Assembly (NCBI RefSeq): GCF_006345805.1
Contig: NC_043005.1
Coordinates: forward strand, 33,170,001-33,234,000
Source of the DNA: Octopus sinensis
Lineage: Eukaryota
Direction: 5' to 3'
Length of the DNA stretch: 64,000 nt
In this document: positions 50,130 to 62,613 of the stretch, piece after piece
Layout: each line of letters starts with the position of its first letter
Position numbering within the stretch: the first letter of the stretch is position 1
Program-made: the position numbers and the translations under genes
The notes under the pieces: generated by a model
Told to the model about the DNA's origin: nothing
What the model saw: only the letters and a program-made list of their open reading frames with translations
The model's database searches: none

Positions 50130-51419
50130 CGAGGGACGTTCAATAAGTAATGCCTCTGACCCACTTGCAGTTGTTTGATCTAGCTGAAATTTTGCATGTG
50201 CAATCATTTATATCTCTATAGAGTAAGTGACAAATTACAGCTCTGAATTAATTGTGGTTTCTGATTTACAGGTGTTTGAACCGAGTCAAGTGTGAAATGG
50301 AGCCTGTTGAGTGTCGAGCAGTGATCCGGTTTTTGTATTTGAAAGGACGCACACCACGGGAGACTTTTGATGAAATGAAAGTAACTTATGGTGATGATGC
50401 CCCATCATATGACCTTCTAAAACGCTGGCATCGTGAATTCAAACATGGTCGGAACTCTGTGGAAACAGCTCCCAGATCTGGTCGCCCCTTCTGCCATTGA
50501 TGAGGCATCTGTCCGTCATGTTGAGGCTGCCATTTTGAAAGATCGACGCATAATTATTCGCCAAATAGCCCATGAGGTCAAGATTAGTACCGGGTCTGTG
50601 GAAACTATCATTCATGACCATTTGCATATGCAAAATGTGTCTGCCAGATGGATTCCCAGGTTGCTCACGCCTTTCCAGAAGCAAGAACGCGTCGAGTGCT
50701 CGAGGGTGAATTTGGAGATGTGCCAAGAAGATGAGTCAAAATTTTTCAAAAGACTGATTACACAGGATGAAACCTGGGTCCATCACGATGATCCAGAGAC
50801 CAAAGCCCAGTCAATGCAGTGGAAGCACCGTGACTCACCCCCTCCAAAGAAGGCAAGGGTGCAGCCCTCCGCTGGCAAGGTCATGCTCACAGTCTTCTGG
50901 GACCAGGACGGAATAGTGATGACAGATTTCCTGGCAAAGGGCACCACAATTGCAGGAGCCTATTATGCTTCACTTTTGAGGAAATTAAGAGAAGTTATCA
51001 AAATCAAGAGGCGGGGCAAGATCAGCAAAGGCATCCTCCTCCTGCAGGACAACGCTCCGGTCCACAACTCGCTTGTCGCCAGATCAGAAGCACAGGCGTA
51101 TGGCTATGAACTCCTCCCCTATCCCCCTACTTTCCTGACCTTGCACCCTCTGATTTTCACCTCTTCCCAGTCATGAAGTTGTTTTTGAAAGGAAAGCGTT
51201 TCCCAGAAGATGCAGCCTTGATTTCTGAAGTCACGTTCAGGTTGGAGGACCAAGCTGGGGTCTTCTACAAAAACGGTCTCCAGAGCTGCATCAAACAATG
51301 GGAGAGATGCGTAACTCTGAGTGGTTGCTATGTAAAAAAAGACTAATAACTGTGCTAAGTTTCGTTGCTCTACTGCTATGGGAAGTGGGTCAGGGGCATT
51401 ACTTATTGAACGCCCCTCG
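50130..51419 (+). mobile_element. Full-length mariner transposon (1290 bp, DD34D, irritans-like)
   Basis: TA|CGAGGGACGTTCAATAAGTAATGCC...GGCATTACTTATTGAACGCCCCTCG|TA gives terminal inverted repeats and a TA duplication. Confidence 0.96.
50297..51346 (+). pseudogene. Mariner transposase, two single-base shifts in C-runs
   Basis: MEPVECRAVIRF..SGRP, WIPRLL, ITQDETW, LLQDNAP and YFPDLAPSD (34 residues between the 2nd and 3rd D after correction); ends WERCVTLSGCYVKKD*. Shifts at ~50486 and ~51125. Confidence 0.93.
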
Positions 51420-51789
51420 TAGTTATGTACCAAATACGCACCGAAATTCCACGTGTGCTGCATACTTATACATTTATGTTTTCAAATCAACTGTGGGCAA
51501 GCGTAGTCATATAGTCAGCAGCAAATGATGAAATTAAAACTGCTTACCAAGCTTTGAAATTATGAAAATATTTTACTGTGAAAATTATAGGGGTAGAAAA
51601 TTTAGAAAAAAATTCATACCGGGGGTTAGCATGCGTAATAAAAGTCAATAGACTACATATTTTTTATATAAAGTGTATAGTATTTATACACAAAAGAAGC
51701 AACAGGACGCTTTATTTGCTAGAGGGGACAGCTAAACACAAACCACGAAAAGAAGTAATTCCAAAGAGAATGAAGACAACAATTATTTA

Positions 51790-52765
51790 AGCATTCTAAA
51801 CGTCTGAAATCATCAGAACATCTGAATATATCCTGCAATTTCAATAGACCATTGATTACAATCCCAGAAGGCCCATGAGGTTAATTGCAAAAGATCTCCA
51901 TGTGTCAGAAGGAACGGTCAGAAATGTTGTCCACGAAGATATCAGATATCAGTCTTATATGATGAGGAAAGATCAATTTGTCAGAAAAAGCAATATAAAA
52001 TCACTGCATCAGATCTAAAAGTCTCTTAAACAAACTGAAAAATCCAGCAGAAGATTTGATTTGTTTTTTCTCAAATGAGAAAAACTTCGACCAAGATCAA
52101 AAAGTGAACAGAAAAAAATGACAGACGGTTTTGTGTAGACCCTTCTGAAGTTCCAAGTGTTATGCATGCAAACAAAATTTCTTGCAACTGTCATGGTTTT
52201 AGGGGTTGTCAGCAATGAAGGACATGTGGTACCTCCTTACTTCCTTCCACAAGGCCTTAGAGTTAACTCTGCCACCTACATTGAGGTCCTGGAAAGAATT
52301 GTTAAGCCCTGGATAGATAGTGTATGCAATGGAAGGCCATATGTGCTTCAGTAAAACTCTGCACTATCACATATGGCTCTAGTAACACAGGAATGGATGG
52401 CCGAAAATTTTCATGATCACCTAACCCCTATCATTTGGCCTCATAATTCCTCAGATCTCAATCCATTGGAGCGTTGTTGAGAGAGAAGGTCAATGAACTC
52501 ACCCATAACACCAAATACTCTTTGAAAGCTGCCATAGTCAGAGTAATGTCCAAAATGAACCAGGACCACTTCATTCGCTCATTTAGAAGCAGTTATTGAA
52601 ACTGAAGGTGGCTTTATTGAATAACATTATAGAAAAGAAGGTTTGTTTTTATCAACAAAGTATTTTTTGATAAACAAAGTTATTATCTGTTATTATATAT
52701 TCGTTTTTTTTTTCATAAACATAACTCTGTCCTCAAATATCTTACGCACCCTATGTATGTTTATA
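51790..52765 (+). mobile_element. Decayed maT/DD37D-like transposon, 3' part
   Basis: VMVLGVVSNEGHV.PP, VKPWIDSVCNGRPYV, W..NS.DLNPL; GCACCCTATGTA terminus at ~52746-52758. Confidence 0.8.
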
Positions 52766-53195
52766 AATATGTACGTATATTTATGTGTGTGTGTATACAC
52801 ACACCTCACATCAGAAATATACATTAAATTAACGATACATTTACTTTTATTTTTATTTTTATTGTTTTAGTCGGTTTTATTTTCACATCTTTTGTTGCTT
52901 TTATTTTTGTTTTTGTTGCGTTTGTAATTCTGTTCACTCGAATCGCCCCTTCTCTTTACACACATACGCACTCGTGTGTGGGGATTAGGGGGTGGGGGAA
53001 ATGTGTATATGTAAGAATGTATATATATATATACGTTTATGAATTTATGTTGCAAGATTCCTGGTGTGAAACCGTCTGTTGAAACAAATATTTTTATATA
53101 TCAGGATGGTCATTTTTGTTTTACCAAATAAACCCACGACTACATATTCGTTCTTCACTCGTTTATTACTGTTCTTATTTTATCGTATGTCCAGT

Positions 53196-53239
53196 GTCCG
53201 GAAATTTTTCATCACACATCTGTGACCTCTTCAGCGACC
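53196..53239 (-). ncRNA. Decayed hammerhead motif
   Basis: Minus strand reads TCG-CTGAAGA-GGTCAC AGAT GTGTGAT-GAAA-AATT-TC-CGG. The core and palindromic stem III are kept; stem II is mismatched. Confidence 0.45.
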
Positions 53240-54151
53240 TTTTCCGTCCACGCGTATCCTCCTCCTCCACTTAGTCCATTCTAATAGAACAATTTACGCC
53301 ACACATTAAGAGGTCATCTAGTGCAAGCTTTGAAAGATATTTTAAGTCTTAGAAGTCGAGAATGGAAATGTTCACATGATGCAAGGATCTCGACAAATTT
53401 CTGCTATCAAACAGCAGGACACTACCCACTCCAGATTAGTCATACAATCATACAAATTTTGAACTTTCCATATCGGATTAACTCCACTAAGCATTGTATA
53501 AGCTATTATCATTATTGCCCTTCTGGCCGTGTTTGTTAGATGATATTCGCTGGTGGATGTAATATATTTTTGTCAATCCTACGAATAACGAAACAGTACA
53601 ATACACTACATATATATATTATGCGCGCGCGCGTGTGTCGAGTAAGCACATAAATGCAAAACAACTGTCCAACGAACGGACAAAGAAACTGCAATGAATT
53701 TGCCTTTTAGCAGTTGAAATATGCCAAATATATTTTAACTAAGCTAAACTTTACTTATGCCTAAACGCCGCGCAGCGCTAATATTTCGGTAATTTCCACA
53801 ATCTCAGTGGCCTACTGGCGCAAATGAGTCAATGTTGTTGACTATATTTGAGTTAAAGCTATAGCTTTATAAGGTCTGTCTAGTGTTGCCCCTCTTAAGT
53901 ATTTCCTATTTCCATTGATAAGGTACAAGAAATACCCATGTCTTGGGAACCCTGATAGATGGCGACACTGGATAGATATGGTGTTTTTACACCTTTTTAC
54001 CATAAGAGAAATTTTTTTCTATCGTAACTGCAGTGAATTTGCGTTTTGGCAGTCGAAATATCTCACAAATATATTTTATCTAACCTAAACTTTGCTTATG
54101 CCTAAATACTGCTTGGCGCTTCTATTTCGGTAATAAATATATATTTTTTTA

Positions 54152-54352
54152 AGGTGGTGAGCTGGCAGAAATGTTAACACGCTGGGCGAAGTGCATAGCG
54201 GTATTTCGTCTGCCTTTACATTCTGAGTTCAAATTCGGCCGAGGTCGACTCTGCCTTTCATCCTTTCGGAGTCGAATAAATAAGTACCAGTTAACACTGG
54301 TCTCGATGTAATCGACTTAATTTGTTTGTCCCCTCTATGTTTAGCAATAAAG

Positions 54353-54356
<4 letters not shown>
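54152..54356 (+). mobile_element. SINE family B, full head
   Basis: GGTGGTGAGCTGGCAGAAATG (A box) ... GAGTTCAAATTC (B box) ... GAGGTCGACTCTGCCTTTCATCC. Confidence 0.88.
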
Positions 54357-54403
<47 letters not shown>

Positions 54404-54589
54404 TAGTTGAATGAATTATCTTAGTATGGATAATTCGGTTAACCGATATCTGGGTAGCAAATTCACGTCAGAAAAACACGGTTGAAGCTATATGCCAAGG
54501 GCAAAGATCACGTGCTTTCGTGTGGAAATTTGTGTGTTTTTTTATACAAATAAATGAAAGAATGGAGTGGAACGACGATTTAACAAAAT

Positions 54590-54685
54590 TCCTTTATTCT
54601 CGACATATGTTTCGAAGGCTGCATATTCCTAAATTCGATGGAATAAGGGGTGCATTATGCCGCCTTCTCATCAGGAAAAACAAGG
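54590..54685 (-). ncRNA. Mirror copy of the 54825-54920 hammerhead
   Basis: TCATCAG at 54668-54674 and GACATATGTTTCGAAGGC at 54602-54619 give the same intact core on the minus strand. Confidence 0.85.
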
Positions 54686-54824
54686 AACTTATGTCAGTAT
54701 CAAGATGAACAAAAACTCTTAGATGACTGCCCACACGGAGTCCATAGCGGAGTCCATTATCGCTATGGACTCCGTGTGGGCAGTCATCTAAGAGTTTTTG
54801 TTCATCTTGATGCTGACATAAGTT

Positions 54825-54920
54825 CCTTGTTTTTCCTGATGAGAAGGCGGCATAATGCACCCCTTATTCCTTCGAAATTAGGAATATGCAGCCTTCGAAA
54901 CATATGTCGAGAATAAAGAA
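54825..54920 (+). ncRNA. Type I hammerhead ribozyme with extended stem II
   Basis: Stem I TTTTC/GAGAA plus a 2x2 loop and 3 more pairs; CTGATGA at 54836-54842; stem II GAAGGC/GCCTTC; GAAA at 54897-54900; palindromic CATATG; GTC triplet at 54906-54908. Confidence 0.85.
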
Positions 54921-54962
54921 ATTTTGTTAAATCGTCGTTCAACTCCATTCTTTCATTTATAC

Positions 54963-54993
<31 letters not shown>

Positions 54994-55025
54994 CGTGTGT
55001 GTGTGTGTATGTACAAATATATACA

Positions 55026-55069
<44 letters not shown>

Positions 55070-55577
55070 CATACATACATACATACATACATACATACAT
55101 ACATGTGTGTATTCATACATACATGTGTGTATTGTAGACGTATAAGTTTTTTTAAATACAGAAATATATCAGCAGTGAGTGAAAATCATCAGGAGCAGCG
55201 GTAGCATTACTAAATGTGGATTTCTGCTTCCTTGAGCTTCATCCGTAGTAAGTATTCACTGGCACCGCATACTAAGCTACTGATGAAGTTCAAAAAAGTA
55301 GACGCAAAATTCTCAATTTAGCAGTGTCACCACTGACACTCGACGAGTTTCGTTTGCTGCTGATATATCCCTGGTTTTTAACACTACATGTCTATAAAAG
55401 TCGCTTTCTTGATATTAACGGATGACTTTCAAGAATGTATATATATATATATTATATATATATATATATATTGATAGAAATGGTAAGACAACAAAAGAAT
55501 GAAAGAGACCTCGATATTATGTAAATAGAGGAATTTATCTGTAAAGGTAATATGTGACAATTACTCGGTAGCCATGA

Positions 55578-55637
55578 TAAAACTCCGAGTTTCGGATGTC
55601 GGGTCGGAAATCCACGTCGCCAACTCTTCAGTAGTCC
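55578..55637 (-). ncRNA. Possible decayed hammerhead motif
   Basis: Minus strand reads CTGAAGA..(GTTGG/CCGAC)..GAAA-CTCGGAG-TT; stems I and II are imperfect. Confidence 0.3.
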
Positions 55638-56498
55638 GGCCATCGGAAAAAATGCTATGAAATATATATATATATATATATATGCTTTAAGTGTGATATA
55701 CAGATTGCTAGTATGTATGTGTGTGTGTGTTGTATAGTGAAACTGTTGCTTCCCCCACCCGATAAAAAATGGTAGGAAACAACCATTATAAATAAACCAG
55801 TAGCCGGTCTTCAAGAGAGGGTCAAGAGTAGAAGAGTTGAGAGTCGGTTGTTCTAGTCGGTGTCTTGTGAAGCTATCAGCGATAGTAATACAGAGGTTAG
55901 TGTGTTACTATACAGGTACGAAGGGATACAACGCTATCCGATGACTAGTAACTATTGTGGCTACTAGCGTAAAACAGCAACTACAGTACAACGACAGTCA
56001 CACATCACACCAATAGGAGGAACCTACTTTACAACAATATATATATATATATATGTGTACATATACATCTACGTACGTATATATATTCATATATAAAAAT
56101 ATATATACAGACACACGCATATACATACACATACATATATGCACATATATGCGTATGTGTGTAACGCTTCTGTCGGTCAAGTATATCCACGTATCTTCCC
56201 CTGATAAGTTTTTTTTTCTCATCGAAGACGAATAGTTTCCATGCAGCAAAGTCCTCCTCTCTCGAATCTAATCCAAATCGCAATGGCCGATACATGTCGG
56301 CTCCAGTGTCGTTGCAGAAGAACGGAGAATGTGAAGATCTCTGTAACAAGGTATTCTATGCCTTCATCAAACTGCACTGGTTCTTTGTTTTATTGATCCT
56401 GGAATAATGAAAGGAAAACTTAACTTCGGCAGGAATTGAGCTCAGAACATAGGGAAGGGAAATAAATAAAATATTTCGTACGATCCTCTAACGATTCT

Positions 56499-56611
<113 letters not shown>

Positions 56612-57567
56612 ATACATACATACACATATATATGCATGTATGCATATATATTTTTACGTATATACATACATGTACATGTGTGCATATATACATATGTATA
56701 TAGACATATATATATATATGTATATATATGCATACAAAGATACAGACATATGTACTTGTGTGTACCTCTGTGTATGTGCGTGTGTGTGTGTGTAAATATG
56801 TATGTATTTATGTACATATATTATCTACCCATCTATTTATCTCCCAATCTATCTAGTTATATATATTTATCTATGTTCCGCTCTCTTTATATCTTTCAAA
56901 CACAGCAGGGGCTCTCCAAAGACAGACGAAAAAGATTGTTTCTTTCAAAGGCTCCGCCTCTGTTGCTTGTATTTTCTAGAGCAACCTCCCTCCAATACAA
57001 CAAATCTGCCATGTTTACCGTATCCAAGAATAAATTCTGACAACTTCACAAGAAAATAGTGATAATAATAATATCAGTCAGTAATGAAATAGGCTAAAGA
57101 CAAATATTTTTCCTGCTAACCTTCTGGTAATCTAATCGTTGTATGGAGTAAAGCAACTCTTCGAGATCTTTAATAATACACCATTTCGTTAGAGCGTTGC
57201 TCTATATATTTAAACAGCTCGTTTTTCTTTAAGATGCCTGAGATGATGATGAAGAGGGAGATAGCATTTCGTTCGTTTAAGGGCGGTTGCTCGTAGCAGC
57301 AAAGGTAGAATGCTGGAGTAAAACTGTTGCAGTATCTAGTTTCGAGCTTCTACAGTCTGATTTCAAATTTCATTAAAGTTGATTATTATCTTTTGATCCA
57401 ATCCTAAAGATGGGATGAAAAATAAAATGGAAATTTAGCGATTACCAGATAAAATTTAGTTATGCGATTTTCGAAGATCGACTGATTTTATATCATCTTC
57501 TCTTGTATAAATATGGGATCATATGCCACAGTTTATAGAAGAAAAGACCATACTTATATACATATAC

Positions 57568-57707
<140 letters not shown>

Positions 57708-59109
57708 TATGCATACACACATACATATATACACACATGCATGCACACATACGTACTTTGTACATTTGATGTTCACACACATATATATAAGATACGTACG
57801 TATGTGAGTGTATGTAAATGTGTATGTGTGTGCATGTGTCGAGACGTATACAAATATTTCAGACACAGGAAATCCAGTCAAAGGTACAATAAGGATACAG
57901 CTATGGTATGCATGACAATATTTATGATATGACATTTATAACTAATGGATTTTCATAGTCGAGAGATGGAAAGGAAAATCTTGTATTGGCCTGCTTACCT
58001 TTTATGCATGTCCGTACACTCACGCAATGCACGAAAACACTCTCCCGTACACAAATACACTCACATACATAAATGCACTCATCCACTCATACATTCACAA
58101 GCATACACAGATATTCACACATATATATATGTACACTCACACGTATACGCACAAACGTTTATATTTGATTTATTGAGGCTGAAAAGACTCCCCCCACCCA
58201 AAAAAAAACAGAGCTTATTCAGGATGTCAATGGCGGATCATCAGGCACCAGTGTTTTGGACCTGATTTCACCTCCTCAATTACGAATACACACTCTGTGG
58301 ATAATCTATCAATAAGTTACGTTAAAACGTTCGTCCCGATACAGAAATCAGCAAACAAGACATTCAGAGAATTATGACACATAGTGCTACGTTCGTATAT
58401 ACATTATACATGTTATATACAGCGTATATTCATACATATACACATGCACACAGGGAGAAAAAGAAAACAAAAGCTCGCTCGCTAGATAGACATACATACA
58501 GACAAATAGAAGACAAACAGGCAGACACACAAGTAAATAACTTGCTTTAAGTTATTTGTTTATCTCTAACAATATGAAAAAACGTTCTTCAGATACTCAG
58601 AGAGAATTAATTTTTTGACGAACGGCAACTAAGTTATTTATGAGTAACGCCTGAGGGCAGAATATTCAGGTAGAATGAAGGGGACCATTACTTTGAAATG
58701 CGTAAGCGTTACTGAAAAGACACAGAAAGTCGGTCATTCATTTGCTAGAAGAAAAGTGTAGGTGACATAGCTGAATCTTGGCGGCACAAGAATTGGTGAT
58801 ACTGGGAGAGGAAGTATCCGATCAAAGAGATTAGAGTCAGATGGAGCCCATGATCCAGCCGGCTAACTAGATTTTCGTTCTATGCACGATCAAATACATT
58901 TCTGGTGTCAAATGCAACTATATTGTTCCCCCAACCCCCGACTTTCTCAATCGAGATCGACCCCTGGTGCATGATATAGAAACATTGACCTTCGACAAAT
59001 CTGGCCCAACAAAGAATATTGGTGGTTACTGATGCAGGAGAGAAACTCAAAGAGTGGCTTTTAACAACTATTTCCATCACTTTTACAGTATTTAGAGAGC
59101 GATAAGTCA

Positions 59110-59330
59110 AGTGTTGGCGGATTTGGGACACACTGTATCATGATTTCCAAGATCAAAGAGAGAGAGGTTGAGAGATTGAGGCGTTGCCCTAAGTATGAAT
59201 AGGGACTAGCTTTTGGGACACACTGTATCAGGATTTCGAAGATCAAGTTAGATTCTTGGATGGAGAGATAGAGATTGAGGCCATGTCTTAAGCGAGAATA
59301 GGGGCTAGCTTTGGGTGCACTTGACAATGA
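59110..59330. repeat. Tandem duplication of a ~100 bp unit
   Basis: TTTGGGACACACTGTATCA(T/G)GATTT..AAGATCAA...GAGATTGAGGC..AATAGGG.CTAGCTTT occurs twice. Confidence 0.8.
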
Positions 59331-60075
59331 TGAGATGCAATATTTTCAGCAGGATTGATTTCTAGTAAACGGCGGTATTTTCGTGAATGTAGAGTATATA
59401 GTGAAGAGATTAGTAAATTAGAGAAAAGGAGTTTTGGTGAAGTTTTGGTGAAGTTTTGCCCAGGCGTGCAATGTGAAGATGGGTACACTTCGGGTGGCAA
59501 CATAGAAGCTATATTTCTGAAAGTATTACTTACGGAGCCAACATATTTAAGGTGCTGGTGTAGTGGGGTTCTGCAAAGTTGGTAAGTATCCTTTGGGCAA
59601 CGGACCAATATGGCAGTGAGGCAGAAGAGATTACAGACAATACACAAATGCATTTCTTTTTTATTTCCAAACGGTAGTTTTGTATGAGTTACTGAATAAA
59701 ATCCACTCTGTTAGTAGAATAGAAAGACTTTTCGTTGCGTTATCGGCAGTGTTCTTTACCTCTTTTGCGGCAACACTGTTACTTGTGAAGAATTTGGTTT
59801 ATATGGCACGATGAGATTTAATCGAGAGATAATAAGGAGGAATATTTCCAATGAGAATGCTTTTGCTTCTCTGTTTAACTGCTTCAGCTGGATCAAGATC
59901 GACATTTCCCGGAATAATTAATGGAAAACTTGCACTAACTAATAAATTTACTTGTTACATGAAGTAGAATGAAATAAAGGGTAGGCCATAATGATGGGAC
60001 ACAATTTTAATGCTAGTATCTTGAATTATAAAAATGGTATAGAGTATAAAATACATTAATTATATAACTGATGTA

Positions 60076-60687
60076 CAGGAGTTCAACATATTATCTAAGA
60101 TTTGAATATTACATTCTGGAGATGAACACCACCACAAAGAGAACACTCGCGTGCTCGCTTTCTAACATCAAACACACTGCAGTTGGAATGGCTGCAATTT
60201 CTCTACAGATGCTTTGTTTTAGTTCCGCTGTGTGTGGTGGTGGTGGGGGGGATACTTTCTCGCAAATACCCTTCTACACTAGCTGTAGCCTATGTTATAA
60301 AAGTGTAAGTCTTGTTTTAAAATCTCGACTCTGTTTCGTGAAATAGTCAACTGCTGAGCCAATCGACGTGTGGACTTCCTAAGACTTTGTCCAATAGCGT
60401 TTCCCACACTTTGACAGTTCTCTACACTATCTGGCATTTTTGTTCTTCTCGGTATCGCCTGTCTCACAGAAGTTTGTAACAGCTCGCAGGATCACCTTTC
60501 GGGATGGTATCCGTAACTTTCCAAAAACTGTCGGAATTTTCTTTGGGCTGTAATAGTGGATCTTTGACTGGTGAAGTATGTTTCGACCACGTATGCAATT
60601 TCTTTTGGAGTCCACGAAATTTTGAGGGTCACCAACACCAACTACCTGAGAAAATAATAAAATCTAAGATAATATGTTGAATTCCTG
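60076..60687 (-). mobile_element. Internally deleted Tc1/mariner-superfamily element (612 bp)
   Basis: TA|CAGGAGTTCAACATATTATCT ... AGATAATATGTTGAATTCCTG|TA; minus strand retains an HTH-like transposase N-terminus (KSTRRLAQQLTISR..ILKQDLHFY). Confidence 0.85.
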
Positions 60688-60729
60688 TATATCCGTTAAG
60701 TGATAAATATATTTGGTCATCTGTCATTT

Positions 60730-61200
60730 TTACAATCCAAGATACCAGCATTTAAGTTTATGGCCTACTCTGTATTTATTGATTTCTTTCACAATAACTT
60801 TGACGTTCCACCAATTAAAGCTTTTCAATCTATCGTGAAGAAATGGTTGTTTATTGTTTATATATGGTTCAGGATTATCAAAGATAGAAGAGTTCGTTAC
60901 AATGTCTGGTGTAGAATTATTACGATACAATGGTAAAGAATCAATAGGGATGGGCAATCAGAAAGTTGTGATTAATACATAGTTTTCAGTTCCTTGTTAC
61001 TGTTTTCCTTCCTCCTTTCCTTTTACCGTTTTTTATTATACTAATTGTTTCTTCCTCTTTCCCTTTCTTCCTGTTTTTTTTCTGAGCAAAGTCTATTATC
61101 CGAAACGCTAAGGCATTCCTTTTACCTCCTCAAGCGTTAAACCAGTAACATATTTATCATACGTTGTTCTTCTTGTGTTGTTCTTTCTACAGTTTAATGT
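60730..61200. mobile_element. Possible Penelope-like element remnant with decayed hammerhead
   Basis: Minus-strand SFNWWNVKVIVKEINKYR resembles a GIY-YIG C-terminus. Plus-strand CTGAGCA..GAAACG at 61082-61107 has flanks resembling 38165-38385. Confidence 0.3.
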
Positions 61201-61670
61201 TTTTTACTTTATATTTTAACAACTGAAAGAATGGAAACGTGAAACTCGGAGTTGTGGAAATTATGAGCTATTTGTTTATAACGTATAATTTTAATTAAAA
61301 TATATAATATTCTACATTCTTGCATTAAGCTTTGTAGTTTATCACTTCTCGGTGAATCAACAATTACATGTACGTTCGTGCGCGCGCGCGCGTGTGTGTG
61401 AGTGAGTGTATTGAAGGGGAAATAGATGTAATAGAATTGTGTCGGTCGATTTTCGTTCATAAAACATTTCTTTCTTAGATCTACAAAGATATGTATTTAC
61501 AGCGAACATAAGTTCAACGACTGTTATTTTCCTTTGACAAAATTGAATCCAGTTATGTAAGAATATAAATTATGTTATTGATAAGATCAGTTTGCTGTGT
61601 TAGAATTAAATAGCTTCAGAAAACACAGTGTCAAAGAAGAGGAATATAAATTATTATTATTATTATTATT

Positions 61671-61825
61671 CTATGTTTGACTTTTGCTTTATAGTTGTAC
61701 AAGCTGGCTCCAAGTATCACCCAGAGACCTCAAGAGACAACAGGTTGGAAGTTCATGTTGTTGTTATGCCTAGTGTGCCATATATTTGGGGGGAAGTTTT
61801 TGGTGTTGTACTAATGAATGTCTAA
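61671..61825 (-). mobile_element. 3' end of a retroelement with an (AAT)n tail, probably the 3'UTR of an R4/Dong-type LINE
   Basis: Minus strand ends AAAGCAAAAGTCAAACATAG-(AAT)n and is flanked by (ATT)n. Family assignment is from memory; no coding sequence is present. Confidence 0.45.
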
Positions 61826-61850
61826 AAAAAAAATAAATAAATAAATAAAA

Positions 61851-61891
<41 letters not shown>

Positions 61892-61914
61892 TATTATTAT
61901 TACTATTATTATTA

Positions 61915-61951
<37 letters not shown>

Positions 61952-61992
61952 TATTATTATTATATTATTATTATTATTACTATTATTATTAT

Positions 61993-62543
61993 TGAGTGAG
62001 CGAGCAGAGCATGCCATCAAAGTGACACTGGGGTAAAATATACGAAGCCCAGTATACCCATCATGACTACCCATCTGATAAGGGTACACCAGGCACATGC
62101 ATCACAACCATATGTGCGCGACATGGTGATCTCATATCAAGATAAACAGCACATGACCTTGCAGGTGGAGCCCAGTTAGAATTTTCTTCAGATCGAGTAA
62201 CCCATCCCGCTCAAAAGGTCCCTGAATAAGGGTTGTTTAAGGACGTTGAACGAAACACCCATGTTTCCAGAGGTGAATTATTCAAACCCCAAAGAATTCT
62301 TCTCAACACATGGCTATGATGCTCCCCCACTACTTCTGCTCGTGATCAGAGATGCACATATCGTCAGCCACTAAGGGACATGCTCAACTGGTTACGGTCA
62401 AACAACTGACAAGCAAATCTGTGGTATTGAGCAGAATATTTGCTGCAGCCCATCTTTTATACCAAGACAAAACAATGTACATGATAACACTTCCAATCAG
62501 TTAAGATCAGAAGCCATGAGAGCCACTGCCTGGTACTGCATCA
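61993..62543 (-). mobile_element. ~550 bp non-coding repeat, copy 1 of 3 in the (ATT)n array
   Basis: Homologous to 62613-63187 and 63347-63903; (AAT)n follows its 3' end on the minus strand. Confidence 0.85.
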
Positions 62544-62573
62544 TATTATTATTATTATTATTTATTATTATTA

Positions 62574-62612
<39 letters not shown>

Positions 62613-62613
<1 letters not shown>

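Larger units (their letters stand above)
54550..54960. mobile_element. Foldback element: ~200 bp near-perfect inverted arms with an intact hammerhead in each arm
   Basis: Arms 54550-54749 and 54761-54960 with only a handful of mismatches; 11-nt loop GAGTCCATTAT. Confidence 0.9.

Noticed and set aside
55728-56005. Solo LTR (TG start, TATAAATA, CA end)
   Set aside because: Termini fall within (TG)n/(CA)n-like sequence, and no TSD, PBS, PPT or second copy is visible.
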